From a bacterium (GTDB lineage: Bacteria; Zhuqueibacterota; Zhuqueibacteria; Residuimicrobiales; Residuimicrobiaceae), in the NCBI GenBank assembly GCA_035388125.1, contig DAOOPF010000004.1, forward strand, positions 540 through 64,539: DNA of 64,000 nucleotides, in the 5' to 3' direction. The notes beneath the pieces were generated by a model that was given only the letters and a program-made list of their open reading frames with translations, had not been told where the DNA came from and made no database searches. The first letter of the stretch is position 1; the number at the start of each line of letters is the position of its first letter. The position numbers and the translations under genes were made by a program. Positions 1 through 9,229 of the stretch are shown piece after piece.

Positions 1-1
1 T

Positions 2-1294
2 AAACTGGAATCCTTCAATCCCTACCTTTATGCCGGTATCGGCTCACTGTGGTACAAGTTCAAGGAGACCCCCGGGGTGCTCGCTTTTGATGATACCGGC
101 GATCAGATGACCCAGGTGCTCCCCTTTGGCCTTGGCCTTCAGTTCAAGGTTGGCGAAAAGACCGCTCTCGAAGTCAGCGGCGGTTATAACATCACAATGA
201 AGGATCACATGGAATATATGGTCGCCGGCGAAGACACCAAGGACGGCTACTACAGCCTTCTGGTCGGCCTGACCTATGGCGGCGCCGATGACGGTGACGC
301 AGACAAAGACGGTCTGAGTGACAAGCTCGAAAAAGAACTTGGCACCAACAGGAAACTTGCCGACAGCGATGGCGACGGCATCAGCGACGGCGACGAGTAC
401 CTAAAGTTCAAGACCAATCCTCTTGTGGCTGACAGCGATGGTGACGGCCTCAGCGACTACGATGAGCTCTACAAGTATCGCACCTCCCCGGTCGAAGCCG
501 ACACTGATGGCGATGGCCTGACCGATGCCCAGGAAGTGCAAAAGTATTTGACCGATCCGTCCAAAGCGGACAGCGATGGCGATGGCCTGAGTGACAGCGC
601 TGAGATCAATACCTACAAGACTGATCCGATGAAAGCCGATAGCGATGGTGACGGCCTCTCCGATGGCGATGAGATCAACAAGTACAAATGCAATCCGCTT
701 CTTGCCGATTCCGACAAGGACGGCCTCAATGACGGCGATGAGGTTAAAAAGTACAACACATCCCCGATGAAACCGGACACGGATGGCGATGGTCTGGGCG
801 ATTTCCAGGAGGTGACGCAGTACAAAACCGACCCGGCCAAGATCGATACCGACGAAGGCCTGGTCGCTGATGGCATCGAGGTCAATCGCGGCACCAACCC
901 GCTCGACCCGAATGATGACCTCGAGAAAGAGGAGCAGATCAAACGCGCCGTTGGAACCGAAATTATCCTCGAAGGGATCGTCTTCGATACCGGCAGTTCC
1001 AAGATTCGTCCCTCTTCCAAGGTGACGTTGGACAAGGTTGCCAAGACAATGATCGAAAACCCCGAACTTGAGGTGGAGATCCAGGGCCACACCGATAGTG
1101 TTGGCAAGCACGCTTCGAACGTAAAGCTCTCCCAGGCTCGCGCCGAATCTGTGGCCAAGTATCTGGTGGACAAGGGCATCTCCGCTGCGCGCATGACGAC
1201 CAAGGGCATCGGCCCCGACCGTCCGGTTGCCAGCAATGATACGGCCGAAGGCCGCCAGCTCAACCGCCGCATCACCTTCACCAGAACCAAATAA
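2..1294 (+). CDS. OmpA-family outer-membrane protein with thrombospondin type-3 (TSP3) calcium-binding repeats; 5' end cut by window edge
   Basis: Frame 2 is open from nt 2, with no stop before the GTG at 77 used by the ORF track. About nine DxDxDGxxD repeats (DSDGDGLSD etc.). C-terminal OmpA/MotB peptidoglycan-binding domain (FDTGSSKIRP, GHTDSVG, LSQARAESV, NRRITF). Confidence 0.85.
   Translation, partial: KLESFNPYLYAGIGSLWYKFKETPGVLAFDDTGDQMTQVLPFGLGLQFKVGEKTALEVSGGYNITMKDHMEYMVAGEDTKDGYYSLLVGLTYGGADDGDADKDGLSDKLEKELGTNRKLADSDGDGISDGDEYLKFKTNPLVADSDGDGLSDYDELYKYRTSPVEADTDGDGLTDAQEVQKYLTDPSKADSDGDGLSDSAEINTYKTDPMKADSDGDGLSDGDEINKYKCNPLLADSDKDGLNDGDEVKKYNTSPMKPDTDGDGLGDFQEVTQYKTDPAKIDTDEGLVADGIEVNRGTNPLDPNDDLEKEEQIKRAVGTEIILEGIVFDTGSSKIRPSSKVTLDKVAKTMIENPELEVEIQGHTDSVGKHASNVKLSQARAESVAKYLVDKGISAARMTTKGIGPDRPVASNDTAEGRQLNRRITFTRTK
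287..915 (+). repeat. Coding tandem repeat region (TSP3-type Ca-binding repeats) inside the OmpA-family gene
   Basis: Recurrent gacagcgatggcgacggc-type units encoding D-S/T-D-G-D-G-L-S/T-D roughly every 23 codons. Confidence 0.8.
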
Positions 1295-1306
1295 ACCAGA
1301 TTTGAT

Positions 1307-1346
1307 AAAAAAAAGCGTCCATCTCTGAGAGATGGACGCTTTTTTT
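1307..1346. terminator. Bidirectional rho-independent terminator between convergent genes
   Basis: A8 run, stem GCGTCCATCTC / GAGATGGACGC (11 bp, small loop), then T7 run. Lies between the stop at 1294 (+) and the stop at 1372 (-). Confidence 0.85.
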
Positions 1347-1371
1347 ATTTACTCTTTATATTCCCGCATGA

Positions 1372-2349
1372 TCACGGCTTATATTTCGCCGCCTCCTTTT
1401 CGCATTCTGCCGCCAGCTCATTAAATCGAACAACCTCGGTCACATCTTCCTTCAAGGGCACCTGACGGTTGCTTGAGGTGACAATCTTGCGTCTGTTATC
1501 GAGCTGCAGAGTCAGAACTCCGGCATATTTGCCCATGGATGGGGTCGTGACGATGCGGACGGGATTTACTGCGCTGCTCTGGCTGGCGACGAGATAGTGC
1601 TCTCCGCCGAAAACGGTCAGATCAATACCAGGGACAGCCGCGAGGAGAGCGGTCAACTGCTGGTATTTGCCGTAATAAAGGAGAATAACCAGGTCTGCTT
1701 CCTTGCTGATTTGCGGCATTATTTCCCTGGCCGTTTCGACCGGATCCCGATAGAGCAGCTCCGGTTCGCCGGGCCGGTTGACAAACAGCTGGGCCAGGCT
1801 ATTATCCGTCAAACCCAGCATGGCGATGGAGAGCTTTTTAAAGGGCAGCTTGCCACGGCCGGATGCTGCTTCTAATTCTTTGATCACATACGGTTTGAAA
1901 ATTGCCGATCCCGAATTCTTGTCAACGACGTTCGCGCAGAGAAAATTCACCTTGAACTCTTGCTCGAGGCCTTGCAGAAAAGTTGTGGGGTTGCTCCACT
2001 CCCGGTAGCCGAGATTGAAGGCCGAGTAATCGAGCCAGCTCATCCCCTGGACGAGATAGCGGTTCTGGAGCTGGCTGCCGGGAGTATGGACACGCGAAAA
2101 GCCACCGGCATCAACAAGCAGGTTAAAATCAGCTGTGGAGAGATCCTTTTCGAGAAAACCGGCCCGCCGGGCCAGTCCGCCGTAGCGTGCGGACTTTCAG
2201 CCACATGGGGTAAGGTAGCCAATCAGGTCATTGGAATAATAGACATTCAGGCTCGCTCTTTCACCCTGCTGCGGAAGGGCGCGGGGTGCGATGGCGAACA
2301 AGATGAAAAGAGCGGCGTGCAGTGCAGATCCGTTCCGGAGGAGACGCAT
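1372..2349 (-). CDS. Secreted UshA/5'-nucleotidase-like (degenerate metallophosphoesterase) protein, 325 codons, with one in-frame TGA at codon 51 (2197-2199): candidate selenoprotein, alternatively a pseudogene
   Basis: Reading from ATG 2349 gives MRLLRNGSALHAALFILFAIAP (signal peptide) ...YYSNDLIGYLTPCG-TGA-KSARYGGLARRAGFLEKD..., continuous into the 1372-2043 ORF (same frame; 2349-2043=306, 2199-2043=156). The C-terminal part looks like a 5'-nucleotidase N-terminal domain (DLVILLYYG, GGEHY). Confidence 0.6.
2158..2199 (-). promoter_or_regulatory. In-frame UGA plus SECIS-like hairpins (candidate selenocysteine insertion element)
   Basis: Minus strand: UGA AAGUCCGCACGCUACGGCGGACUGGCCCGGCGGGCCGGU. 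Hairpin 1 is AGUCCGC/GCGGACU (nt +2 to +23). Hairpin 2 is ACUGGCCC-GGC-GGGCCGGU (nt +21 to +39, 8 bp including one G-U, G-rich apical loop about 29 nt after the UGA). Confidence 0.45.
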
Positions 2350-2429
2350 AGTATTGATTCCATTAGGTTAAGAGGTGACTGCCGCCGGGAGAGGAGGTTC
2401 GTTTTCCGCCTCCTCTTCCCCGGCGATCT

Positions 2430-4331
2430 TTATTTCACAGTTATTGTAATGTAGTTATCCTGTGCGGTGACATCAACATCAATCGCGTATTTCAGATCAA
2501 AGACCACGCGCGAAAAACCTTCACCGTGATAGCCCAATCGGGCGCGCAGGAAAGGTCCACGGTTTAGCTCATAGCTGGCGATATCGTTGAGCAGATAGCC
2601 CTTGGGAAAATCGATCACCAGACGGTCGGGCGTATCGAGCATATCGGTGGTGAAGCCCATCTTGCCGTTGCAGACGATGCGTAGAGTGCGGTCATCGATC
2701 ACTTCAACCGACTTGATGGCAGTACCATCAGGCATTTCCGGAACGGCATCCATGGTGTAAAGCAGGAATTCAACACGACGGTTGCGGAAGCGGCCCTCAG
2801 GGGTCTCATTGGTGGCGATCGGCCGGCTTTCGCCATAGCCCACGGGCATGAAGAAGCGTTCGCGGCCGAGCCTCTCCTTGTTGATCAGAAAAACCATGAC
2901 GCTGTCGATGCGGCGCTGTGAGAGGCGGATGTTGTACTCGTCAGTGCCGATGTAATCGGTGTGGCCGGAGAGCTGGACGCGGGCCTCGGGATAGGTATTG
3001 AGGATGTCGGCCACCTGATGAAGTGTGCTGAAGGCGTCCGGACGGATGCGCGCCTGGTCGAAATCAAAGTTGATGCGCATGCTGACGAGGATTTTTTCGC
3101 GCGATTTGGGCTCGACTTCGATCTTGCCTTCGGATTCTGCGGCAATCTGCTTCACCCTGGCCAGCCGCTCGGCGAGTTCCTCCTCCATTTTTCTGGCACG
3201 CTCTTCAATTTCACGGGCGTTTTTGGCGGCCTCTTCGGCCGCGCGGCGGGATCTCTCCGCGGCATCGAGTTCCTCCTGCAGGCGGTCATCCATGGCACTG
3301 CGGTCGAAGGCGCCCATGGCATTCATCCGTTCTCCGGTCTCATTGAAGCGGACCAGCACAGAGAAGCGGTGAGAGGCCTCATCGAACTCGTCGATGGGGG
3401 CGTAGGCGTAATCAAAGCGGACGCGCGATCTGCCGAGCCACTCTGCGGGCATGTTCAGACCAACACCGGCGGGCCAGCGGGAGGCTTCAAGATCGTGAAT
3501 TTTGTAGCCTCCTCGCATGGCGATCAGGTCGCTGATGATGAACTCGCCGCCGACGTAGTAGCGCATCTCTTCGTCAGCGGGCAGGGCAGCATCCGCAGCC
3601 AGATTAAGATCGAAATCCTCGGAGATGGGCAGAAAGAGAGCGGCGCCGCCGCGGTAAGTGAGCGGCAGGGAGACGGATTGCTCGTCGAAGGAGATCTTGG
3701 AGATCCCGATATTCTGGGCACCTGCTCCGATTCCCAGCCATTTGGTACGGAAGAGCAGGCCGGCATCGGCACCGTAGGCCGTGCTCCGCTCGCCGATAAG
3801 ATCCTGGTGCAGCATCTTGAAGGCAGCACCGAAAGCGAGGCGGCTTGTTCCGAGCCGGAGGGCATTCGCGTAACCGATGGTCAGCAGCATATCATTACTG
3901 CTGCTGCTCCCCCCCAACTGCTGGAAATTTTCGTCCAGTTCAATGACCTCCCCCTCATCGAAGTAGCTGAAATCAGCGGAAAATACGCCGATCCTGGTGG
4001 GCAGGGCTGCGGCGATGCCGCCCTGTTTGGTGTCATCGATCCAGTTGTGAACATTGAAAGCGAGCTGGGGTTTCGCGATCAGTCCGGTGCCCGCCGGATT
4101 GTAGCGCAGACCAGTGATCTCACCGGCGCCGGGGACGGAGTAGGCCTCCCCCATGCCGACGGCGCGCGCGACCGAGCTGACGCGAAGGAAGGGCGCACCA
4201 TGAAATCCGATGCCCTTGTTATCCTGCGCCGCAGTGAGAGTGGCGCCTGCGAGCAGGAACATAGCGACCGCCGGCCAGATGCGGCCGAGTTGATGCGCCC
4301 ATTTGAGTGATAAGGCTGAATAGTATCTCAT
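2430..4331 (-). CDS. Outer-membrane fusion protein: PorV/PorQ-like beta-barrel + coiled coil + OmpA-like domain + C-terminal AMIN domain
   Basis: Start moved to ATG 4331 (GGAG 5-6 nt upstream; MRYYSALSLKW... signal-like). N-terminal ARAVGMGEAYSVPG...RYNPAG motif typical of PorV/PorQ/UPF0164 barrels. Glu/Arg/Ala-rich coiled coil. OmpA motifs (FDFDQARIRP, GHTDYIG, LSQRRIDSV, NRRVEF). AMIN-like tail (LRIVCNG...DRLVIDFP...RVVFDL...ITITVK). Confidence 0.65.
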   Translation of the reverse strand: MRYYSALSLKWAHQLGRIWPAVAMFLLAGATLTAAQDNKGIGFHGAPFLRVSSVARAVGMGEAYSVPGAGEITGLRYNPAGTGLIAKPQLAFNVHNWIDDTKQGGIAAALPTRIGVFSADFSYFDEGEVIELDENFQQLGGSSSSNDMLLTIGYANALRLGTSRLAFGAAFKMLHQDLIGERSTAYGADAGLLFRTKWLGIGAGAQNIGISKISFDEQSVSLPLTYRGGAALFLPISEDFDLNLAADAALPADEEMRYYVGGEFIISDLIAMRGGYKIHDLEASRWPAGVGLNMPAEWLGRSRVRFDYAYAPIDEFDEASHRFSVLVRFNETGERMNAMGAFDRSAMDDRLQEELDAAERSRRAAEEAAKNAREIEERARKMEEELAERLARVKQIAAESEGKIEVEPKSREKILVSMRINFDFDQARIRPDAFSTLHQVADILNTYPEARVQLSGHTDYIGTDEYNIRLSQRRIDSVMVFLINKERLGRERFFMPVGYGESRPIATNETPEGRFRNRRVEFLLYTMDAVPEMPDGTAIKSVEVIDDRTLRIVCNGKMGFTTDMLDTPDRLVIDFPKGYLLNDIASYELNRGPFLRARLGYHGEGFSRVVFDLKYAIDVDVTAQDNYITITVK

Positions 4332-4394
4332 TTTCGCTCCATTGCCAAGTCGATGATTAGAATTAACCGCCATAGTTAGGGCAACCTCGTTTGT

Positions 4395-7313
4395 CTAGCG
4401 TAAGATGACAAACTTGCGGATGAAGGTGACCTGCCGTGAGAGGGGCGTAGCGGCACGCAATTCCGCATTGACTTTGGCCCAGTAGGTTCCGCTTGCGACC
4501 TCCTGACCGCTCTCATTGCGCATGTTCCACCACATATCGCTGCTGTTCAGGCTGACATTGTTCTCGGTAATAAAATTGATATCTCTTCCAGCCAGCAGTG
4601 TACGCACTTTTTCGCCGGCAAGATTGAAAATCTCGATCGAGGTGACTGCAAGCGAGTCCGTGCTAAAGCCGACGCGCATCCTGAATTTGCGGTCCCGGCG
4701 CGGAGAGTAGGGATTGGGGCCGATCTCAACCCCGTCAGGTCTGCGGCCGTAAAAGATGTAGATGCTGTCGCGCGCACTGGTGTCGCTCTCGACCGGAATC
4801 AGGACATATTTGGTCAGGTTCAGATTGTCAATATACTCCGCTGCGACGGTGTGACCGGGTTGAGTCTCGATCTGACCATTGCCGCGGATGCCGTTGTTGT
4901 TGCGATTGACGATCAATCCGACCTGGTTCACGAATTCGCCGGTGTTATAACGGCCAGTGGCTGTCGATGCGACCTCGGTCAGGAGCACTTCCTCCTTATC
5001 CTGGGTCACATTATCGTAAATCGAGATCTGCAGGGTTTCCGCGAGATCGGGATCGAGGTTGTGGTCAGTTTCATTCTTGATACGGACGTAGAGGGTATCC
5101 CCGAACCAGGCCTTGATGAGTTCGATCTTGCGGGCGTTTTCGATGGTCATAACGCCGGCGGAGTTCTTGATCACCTGGATAGTATCGCTGGCGGCATCAA
5201 GCGTTGTCAGCGAATCCTGATAGTTGACCACGAGTAAATCACGATCCTGGGCTTCCATGATATTGTTGCCATGGATTGCTGATGAGTTGATCAGGATAGG
5301 GATGGCCTTGGCTGAGAAAAAGCCTCCAAGGGTCAGCAGTTTGAGGTCGACGTTGACAGAATCCCGGGTGCCAAGGGCGTGCACGGTGACCCGGTGGCTG
5401 GTCTTGAAAGGTTCGAGATCGGGATCGCGCAGCAGGATATAGAGGCTGTCGACCAGACTCTCGGTGGAGGGAATCGTGGTTGTGGCGCGATAGAAGGCCC
5501 TGGAGTTGGCGTTTTTATCGGTGAAGGCGATGGATGAGTTGGCGGTCGGGATGGCATCCCAGGTGACCTTCCAGTTGTCCATGATGGGCGTCATCGAAGA
5601 GTTTCCGGTGGAGAGGCTGGCGACGAGAAAGATGGATTGAATACCCTTGAGGGAGGGCAGCGAAGAGAGAGTGATCTCGTTCACCTCGTTGAGCTTGCTC
5701 GCTGTAAATCTTTCGAGTATTTCCGAATTTCTGGCATCGAGAATCTGCACTTCGATGTCGACGGCGGCCCGTTTTTCCACCTCTTTGGCCAGGATGGTCC
5801 TGAAGGTGAGCCTGTTCCACTGTGCAACCAGCTTTCCTGCCGTTTCCATGATGTCTGGAGTATAAAAGAAAGCGCCGGTTTGGTTCACTTTATAATAGTG
5901 ATGCTTCACCACGACCTGCTTAAGGATCGGAGTCTGGAGCGGGTCGCTGGTCCTGAGCAGGACGCGGAACTGGTACCAGCGTCCGCCGGTATGCACCTGG
6001 TTGAGGGCGCTGCCCGAAGAGGTGTAGTAGCTTTCTTTGCCAGTCGGGCCATACCAGGTCGCACCGTCGAGTGCGAAATCGGATTCGGCTGTGCGCAGCT
6101 GAAACCAGGCCGAAGTGACGCCGGTGACAGTATCCGCCATCCAGAAGAGGGAGTCGAAGACGGAAGCGTGCAGTTCGCCGAGGTCGTACTTGCCAGAAAC
6201 GACGAAAGACTCCGTGTAGGCGAGGCGGACCGGATAGTTCTCATAGACGGCGAGCGTGCGTCCTTCATCGATGCGATCAGAATCGCGTAGCCCTTTTACA
6301 CGGCGGTGATACTGCCAGACAATCTCCCCGGCCGGGCTGACCTCGATGATGCGCTCGTTGCCGGCATCGGAGATGATCACATTCTGCGAAGAGGCGATCA
6401 GGTCGGCATCGGTCGGAAGCTTCAGGCCGACGGCTCCACTGTCAGCGCTGCCGGTGCTTCCGAACTGCCAGAGGATTGATTTGGAGCCGCGGTCGACCAG
6501 GATGACGCGATGGTTGCCGCCATCCGTGATGAGTATATGATCATTCGCATCGATATACTGGATGTCCATCGGCGATTTGAGCACATCAGCGCCCAGTTCC
6601 CAGATAATGTTGTTGGTATTGCCATCGACGATGATGACGCGGTTGTTGCCCTTGTCGGCGATGATATACTCGTTGGTATTGGGGATCTTTTCGGCATCCT
6701 CCGGCTGGCGCAGCTGATTAAAGCCGTTCCCCTCACGGTAGAGGGCGTCGCCGTATTTCCAGTCGATTTTGCTGGTCTCCTTGTCCACTGTGATCACCCG
6801 GTTGCGATCCTGGTCGGTGATCACCACCTTGAAATAGCCGGTAGCGTTGTCTCGGTAGATGAAGGCATCAACCGGCTTGTTGAGATACTTTTCGTCGGTT
6901 GGATTGGTGGCGCTTTGCGGGGGCGGGAAAGACCAGGTTTCCACGGAGGTATTGGCGTTATATTCAAAGACGCGCCTGCCCAGGCCATCCGTGATCAGGT
7001 AGAGGTTCTGCCCGTTCAGGGTACGGCTGTCGATATCCTCGGCAGCGGTGATCGATTCGCGGTAGGGATACATCCACTCGAGACCGGAGAGACGGTAATC
7101 GAGTGTTGAATCCTCGCCGGAGGAACCGAAAACGGGCTCCAGCGTGCCGATATCGCTCAGCATGGTGCCCGGTCCTTTGATGGTTTTTGAGAAGAGAGGA
7201 TCGCCATCCTCAAAAAAACCGGGTGTCGTCTGCGCCATGATCGTGAGCGGCAGCAGCAAGAGAAGGGCGATAGCGAGTGCGATCCGGTGTTGAAAGAGTG
7301 ACCCATTTTTCAT
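4395..7313 (-). CDS. Large secreted beta-propeller (NHL/ASST-like repeat) protein with C-terminal FlgD-Ig/T9SS-type sorting domain
   Basis: Signal peptide MKNGSLFQHRIALAIALLLLLPLTIMAQT. Repeated GNNRVIIVD..NIIWELG / GNHRVILVD..ILWQFG / GNERIIEV..IVWQY blades. C-terminus IEIFNLAGEKVRTLL...SGTYWAKV...FVILR. Confidence 0.6.
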   Translation of the reverse strand: MKNGSLFQHRIALAIALLLLLPLTIMAQTTPGFFEDGDPLFSKTIKGPGTMLSDIGTLEPVFGSSGEDSTLDYRLSGLEWMYPYRESITAAEDIDSRTLNGQNLYLITDGLGRRVFEYNANTSVETWSFPPPQSATNPTDEKYLNKPVDAFIYRDNATGYFKVVITDQDRNRVITVDKETSKIDWKYGDALYREGNGFNQLRQPEDAEKIPNTNEYIIADKGNNRVIIVDGNTNNIIWELGADVLKSPMDIQYIDANDHILITDGGNHRVILVDRGSKSILWQFGSTGSADSGAVGLKLPTDADLIASSQNVIISDAGNERIIEVSPAGEIVWQYHRRVKGLRDSDRIDEGRTLAVYENYPVRLAYTESFVVSGKYDLGELHASVFDSLFWMADTVTGVTSAWFQLRTAESDFALDGATWYGPTGKESYYTSSGSALNQVHTGGRWYQFRVLLRTSDPLQTPILKQVVVKHHYYKVNQTGAFFYTPDIMETAGKLVAQWNRLTFRTILAKEVEKRAAVDIEVQILDARNSEILERFTASKLNEVNEITLSSLPSLKGIQSIFLVASLSTGNSSMTPIMDNWKVTWDAIPTANSSIAFTDKNANSRAFYRATTTIPSTESLVDSLYILLRDPDLEPFKTSHRVTVHALGTRDSVNVDLKLLTLGGFFSAKAIPILINSSAIHGNNIMEAQDRDLLVVNYQDSLTTLDAASDTIQVIKNSAGVMTIENARKIELIKAWFGDTLYVRIKNETDHNLDPDLAETLQISIYDNVTQDKEEVLLTEVASTATGRYNTGEFVNQVGLIVNRNNNGIRGNGQIETQPGHTVAAEYIDNLNLTKYVLIPVESDTSARDSIYIFYGRRPDGVEIGPNPYSPRRDRKFRMRVGFSTDSLAVTSIEIFNLAGEKVRTLLAGRDINFITENNVSLNSSDMWWNMRNESGQEVASGTYWAKVNAELRAATPLSRQVTFIRKFVILR

Positions 7314-7476
7314 GATTCATTCCGTCCTTTTAATCCGAAATGATGCGATTAATAATTAATTATTTAATACTGCGTTCAAAAAAAACTTTTGTCCAGCTAA
7401 ATTGAGCTCCCTGTGCCGCAGCGGCATGGGGCTGTTTGAAGCGGCGGCACAGGATGATTACGCCGCCGGCGGCTGA

Positions 7477-8382
7477 TCATCTTGCGCTCGTGGCCATGGC
7501 CAGAGCGATGGAGTAAAATTTGGTCTCTTCGCTGTCCGCCCGGCTGGTCAGAATCACCGGGCACTGTGCGCCAACAATTATGCCGGCCGTCCTGGATCCG
7601 CCCAGATAGGTCATGGTTTTGTAGAAAACGTTAGCAGCCTCGATGTCGGGCATGATCAGGATATCGGCATCTCCACCGACCTCGCTGGCGATTCCCTTCA
7701 CTTCGCAGGCATTCCGGCTGACGGCATTATCGACGGCCAGAGGACCATCAATAATGGCCTCTTTGATCTGGCCGCGAGCGGCCATTTGCGCAATCGCAGC
7801 GGCATCAATCGTGCAGGGCATGGAGTCATAGTTCACCTTCTCCACCGCAGCGATCATCGCCACTTTGGGCTTTATAATGCCGAGCTGATGGGCCGCATGG
7901 ACGGCGTTCTCGGTTATGGCGATCTTGCCTGTGAGGTCAGGAGCGATATTCATGGCGGCATCCGACATCAGCAGCAGTTTGTGGTAGGCAGGGACAGTGA
8001 ATGCGGCGAGATGGCTGAGGAGTTTGCCGGAACGCAGCCCTGCTTCCTTGTCGAGGACCCCCTTCAACAAAGTTGCGGTCGTGCACTTGCCTTTCATGAG
8101 GGCGTTGGCCATCTGCTGGCGCACCAGCTGGATCGCCACTGAGACCGATTGCTGCTCACTCTCGGCGTGAATGATATCAAAACTGGAGAGGTCCAGCCCA
8201 CCCTTGCCGGCAATTTCAAGAATAGACGTTTTGTTGCCGACCAGGACGGCATCAGCGATGTCACGGCTGTGGGCGAGGCAGAGGGCTTCAAGGATATCTT
8301 CATCCTCGGCCATCGCGACGGCGATCGTCCTCTTGACGTGTCCGGTGACCTGGCGAAGCATCTCCTCAAACGATGCGATCAT
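7477..8382 (-). CDS. ptb: Phosphate butyryltransferase (phosphotransacylase), copy 1
   Basis: 301 aa, typical Ptb length and sequence (AVAMAEDEDILEAL, LMSDAAMNI, GDADILIMPDIEAANVFYK, PVILTSRADS). Its ATG overlaps the vapC stop (ATGA at 8379-8382). Confidence 0.85.
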   Translation of the reverse strand: MIASFEEMLRQVTGHVKRTIAVAMAEDEDILEALCLAHSRDIADAVLVGNKTSILEIAGKGGLDLSSFDIIHAESEQQSVSVAIQLVRQQMANALMKGKCTTATLLKGVLDKEAGLRSGKLLSHLAAFTVPAYHKLLLMSDAAMNIAPDLTGKIAITENAVHAAHQLGIIKPKVAMIAAVEKVNYDSMPCTIDAAAIAQMAARGQIKEAIIDGPLAVDNAVSRNACEVKGIASEVGGDADILIMPDIEAANVFYKTMTYLGGSRTAGIIVGAQCPVILTSRADSEETKFYSIALAMATSAR

Positions 8383-8819
8383 AGTTTCTCCGGGTTGACC
8401 TGTTCCTGATCGATCGGCATTGCTATAAAAGTTTCAGCGTTCATTGCAACTGACGGAAACTTGCGGAGATACATTTTATCAACAGTGACCAGAGGCACCC
8501 CTTGTTCCTGGGCGAGTGCGACGTATTCGGCAGCATATGCAGAGCAGTCGAATTTTTCGGTCACGGTGAGAATCGCCAGAGAGGGAATCTCAAATTGGCC
8601 GCCTTGCATGAGGCTTTCGGCCTCCTGCATGATCAGGCTGGCCTGCCGGAGTGTCAGCACATTTTTGCGCAAATAATAGGCGAGCAGCTGGCGAAACTCG
8701 CTGCGCCAGAGCAGCGGGGCGATCCACTCGTCGTCCCTGCGCAGGACCTCCCGGGCCAGATCGGTTTTTTCATTATTGAGCAGCAAAGCGGCGATCATTT
8801 GTGAATCGACCACGATCAT
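8379..8819 (-). CDS. vapC: PIN-domain toxin, VapC family
   Basis: 146 aa. Acidic PIN residues in expected positions (MIVVDS, RSEF, DCSAYAAEYVALA, VTVDK). ATGA overlap with the upstream antitoxin gene. Confidence 0.8.
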   Translation of the reverse strand: MIVVDSQMIAALLLNNEKTDLAREVLRRDDEWIAPLLWRSEFRQLLAYYLRKNVLTLRQASLIMQEAESLMQGGQFEIPSLAILTVTEKFDCSAYAAEYVALAQEQGVPLVTVDKMYLRKFPSVAMNAETFIAMPIDQEQVNPEKL

Positions 8820-9058
8820 GAGCGTCCCTCATCCAGTGCTTTTTCCAGCCCTGACTGGGCGATGGAGGGCAAATCCAGCCCTTTTTGCAGCTGTTCGATC
8901 CGCTTCAGAAAGGCATCAGAATTGATGCGCTGGCTGCAAATGGCGCGCTCGATACAAACGATGATTTCACTGTTGATGCTGCGACGATTTTCCTTGGCGA
9001 GCTGCTTGAGCTTTTTGTAGAGATCGGGGGGAATCTTTTTTACGGTGATGGTCTGCAT
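8816..9058 (-). CDS. vapB: Ribbon-helix-helix antitoxin (VapB/FitA-like)
   Basis: Start moved to ATG 9058 (MQTITVKKIPPDLYKKLKQLAKENRRSINSEIIVCIERAI), which fits the RHH pattern. The longer track ORF would begin upstream of the predicted promoter -10 box. Confidence 0.7.
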   Translation of the reverse strand: MQTITVKKIPPDLYKKLKQLAKENRRSINSEIIVCIERAICSQRINSDAFLKRIEQLQKGLDLPSIAQSGLEKALDEGRS

Positions 9059-9099
9059 GAAAACCGCTCCAGAAAGGTTCTTATTTGGAACCATAATGG

Positions 9100-9128
9100 A
9101 ATATACTATATTTTTAAATAATTGTCAA
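9100..9128 (-). promoter_or_regulatory. Sigma-70-type promoter for vapB-vapC-ptb
   Basis: Minus strand TTGACA-attatttaaaaatatag(17)-TATATT, 42 nt upstream of the vapB ATG. Confidence 0.65.
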
Positions 9129-9157
9129 GATAAAATTGAAGTTAGGCCGTTTTCCAT

Positions 9158-9191
9158 AAAAAAGCGGCTGGAATCAACCTCTTCCAACCGC
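9158..9191 (-). terminator. Rho-independent terminator after buk (copy 1)
   Basis: Minus strand GCGGTTGGAA-gaggttga-TTCCAGCCGC (10 bp, one mismatch) followed by TTTTTTAT, 39 nt after the buk stop. Confidence 0.65.
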
Positions 9192-9229
9192 TCCCTGGCC
9201 ATTTTAAAAGTGCTGCAGTTGTCTTTTAC

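Noticed and set aside
2197-2199. The in-frame TGA as evidence for a UGA-reassigned genetic code (code 4 or 25)
   Set aside because: TGA terminates other well-supported genes in the window (vapB, vapC, the kinase at 32633). Gene lengths with TGA stops match expected family sizes.
1960-2454. ORFs 1960-2454 (+) and 2040-2222 (-) covering the gap upstream of the 1372-2043 ORF
   Set aside because: Neither has motifs. The minus-strand frame shared with 1372-2043 gives a signal peptide and a coherent protein if the single TGA is read through, which explains the gap better.
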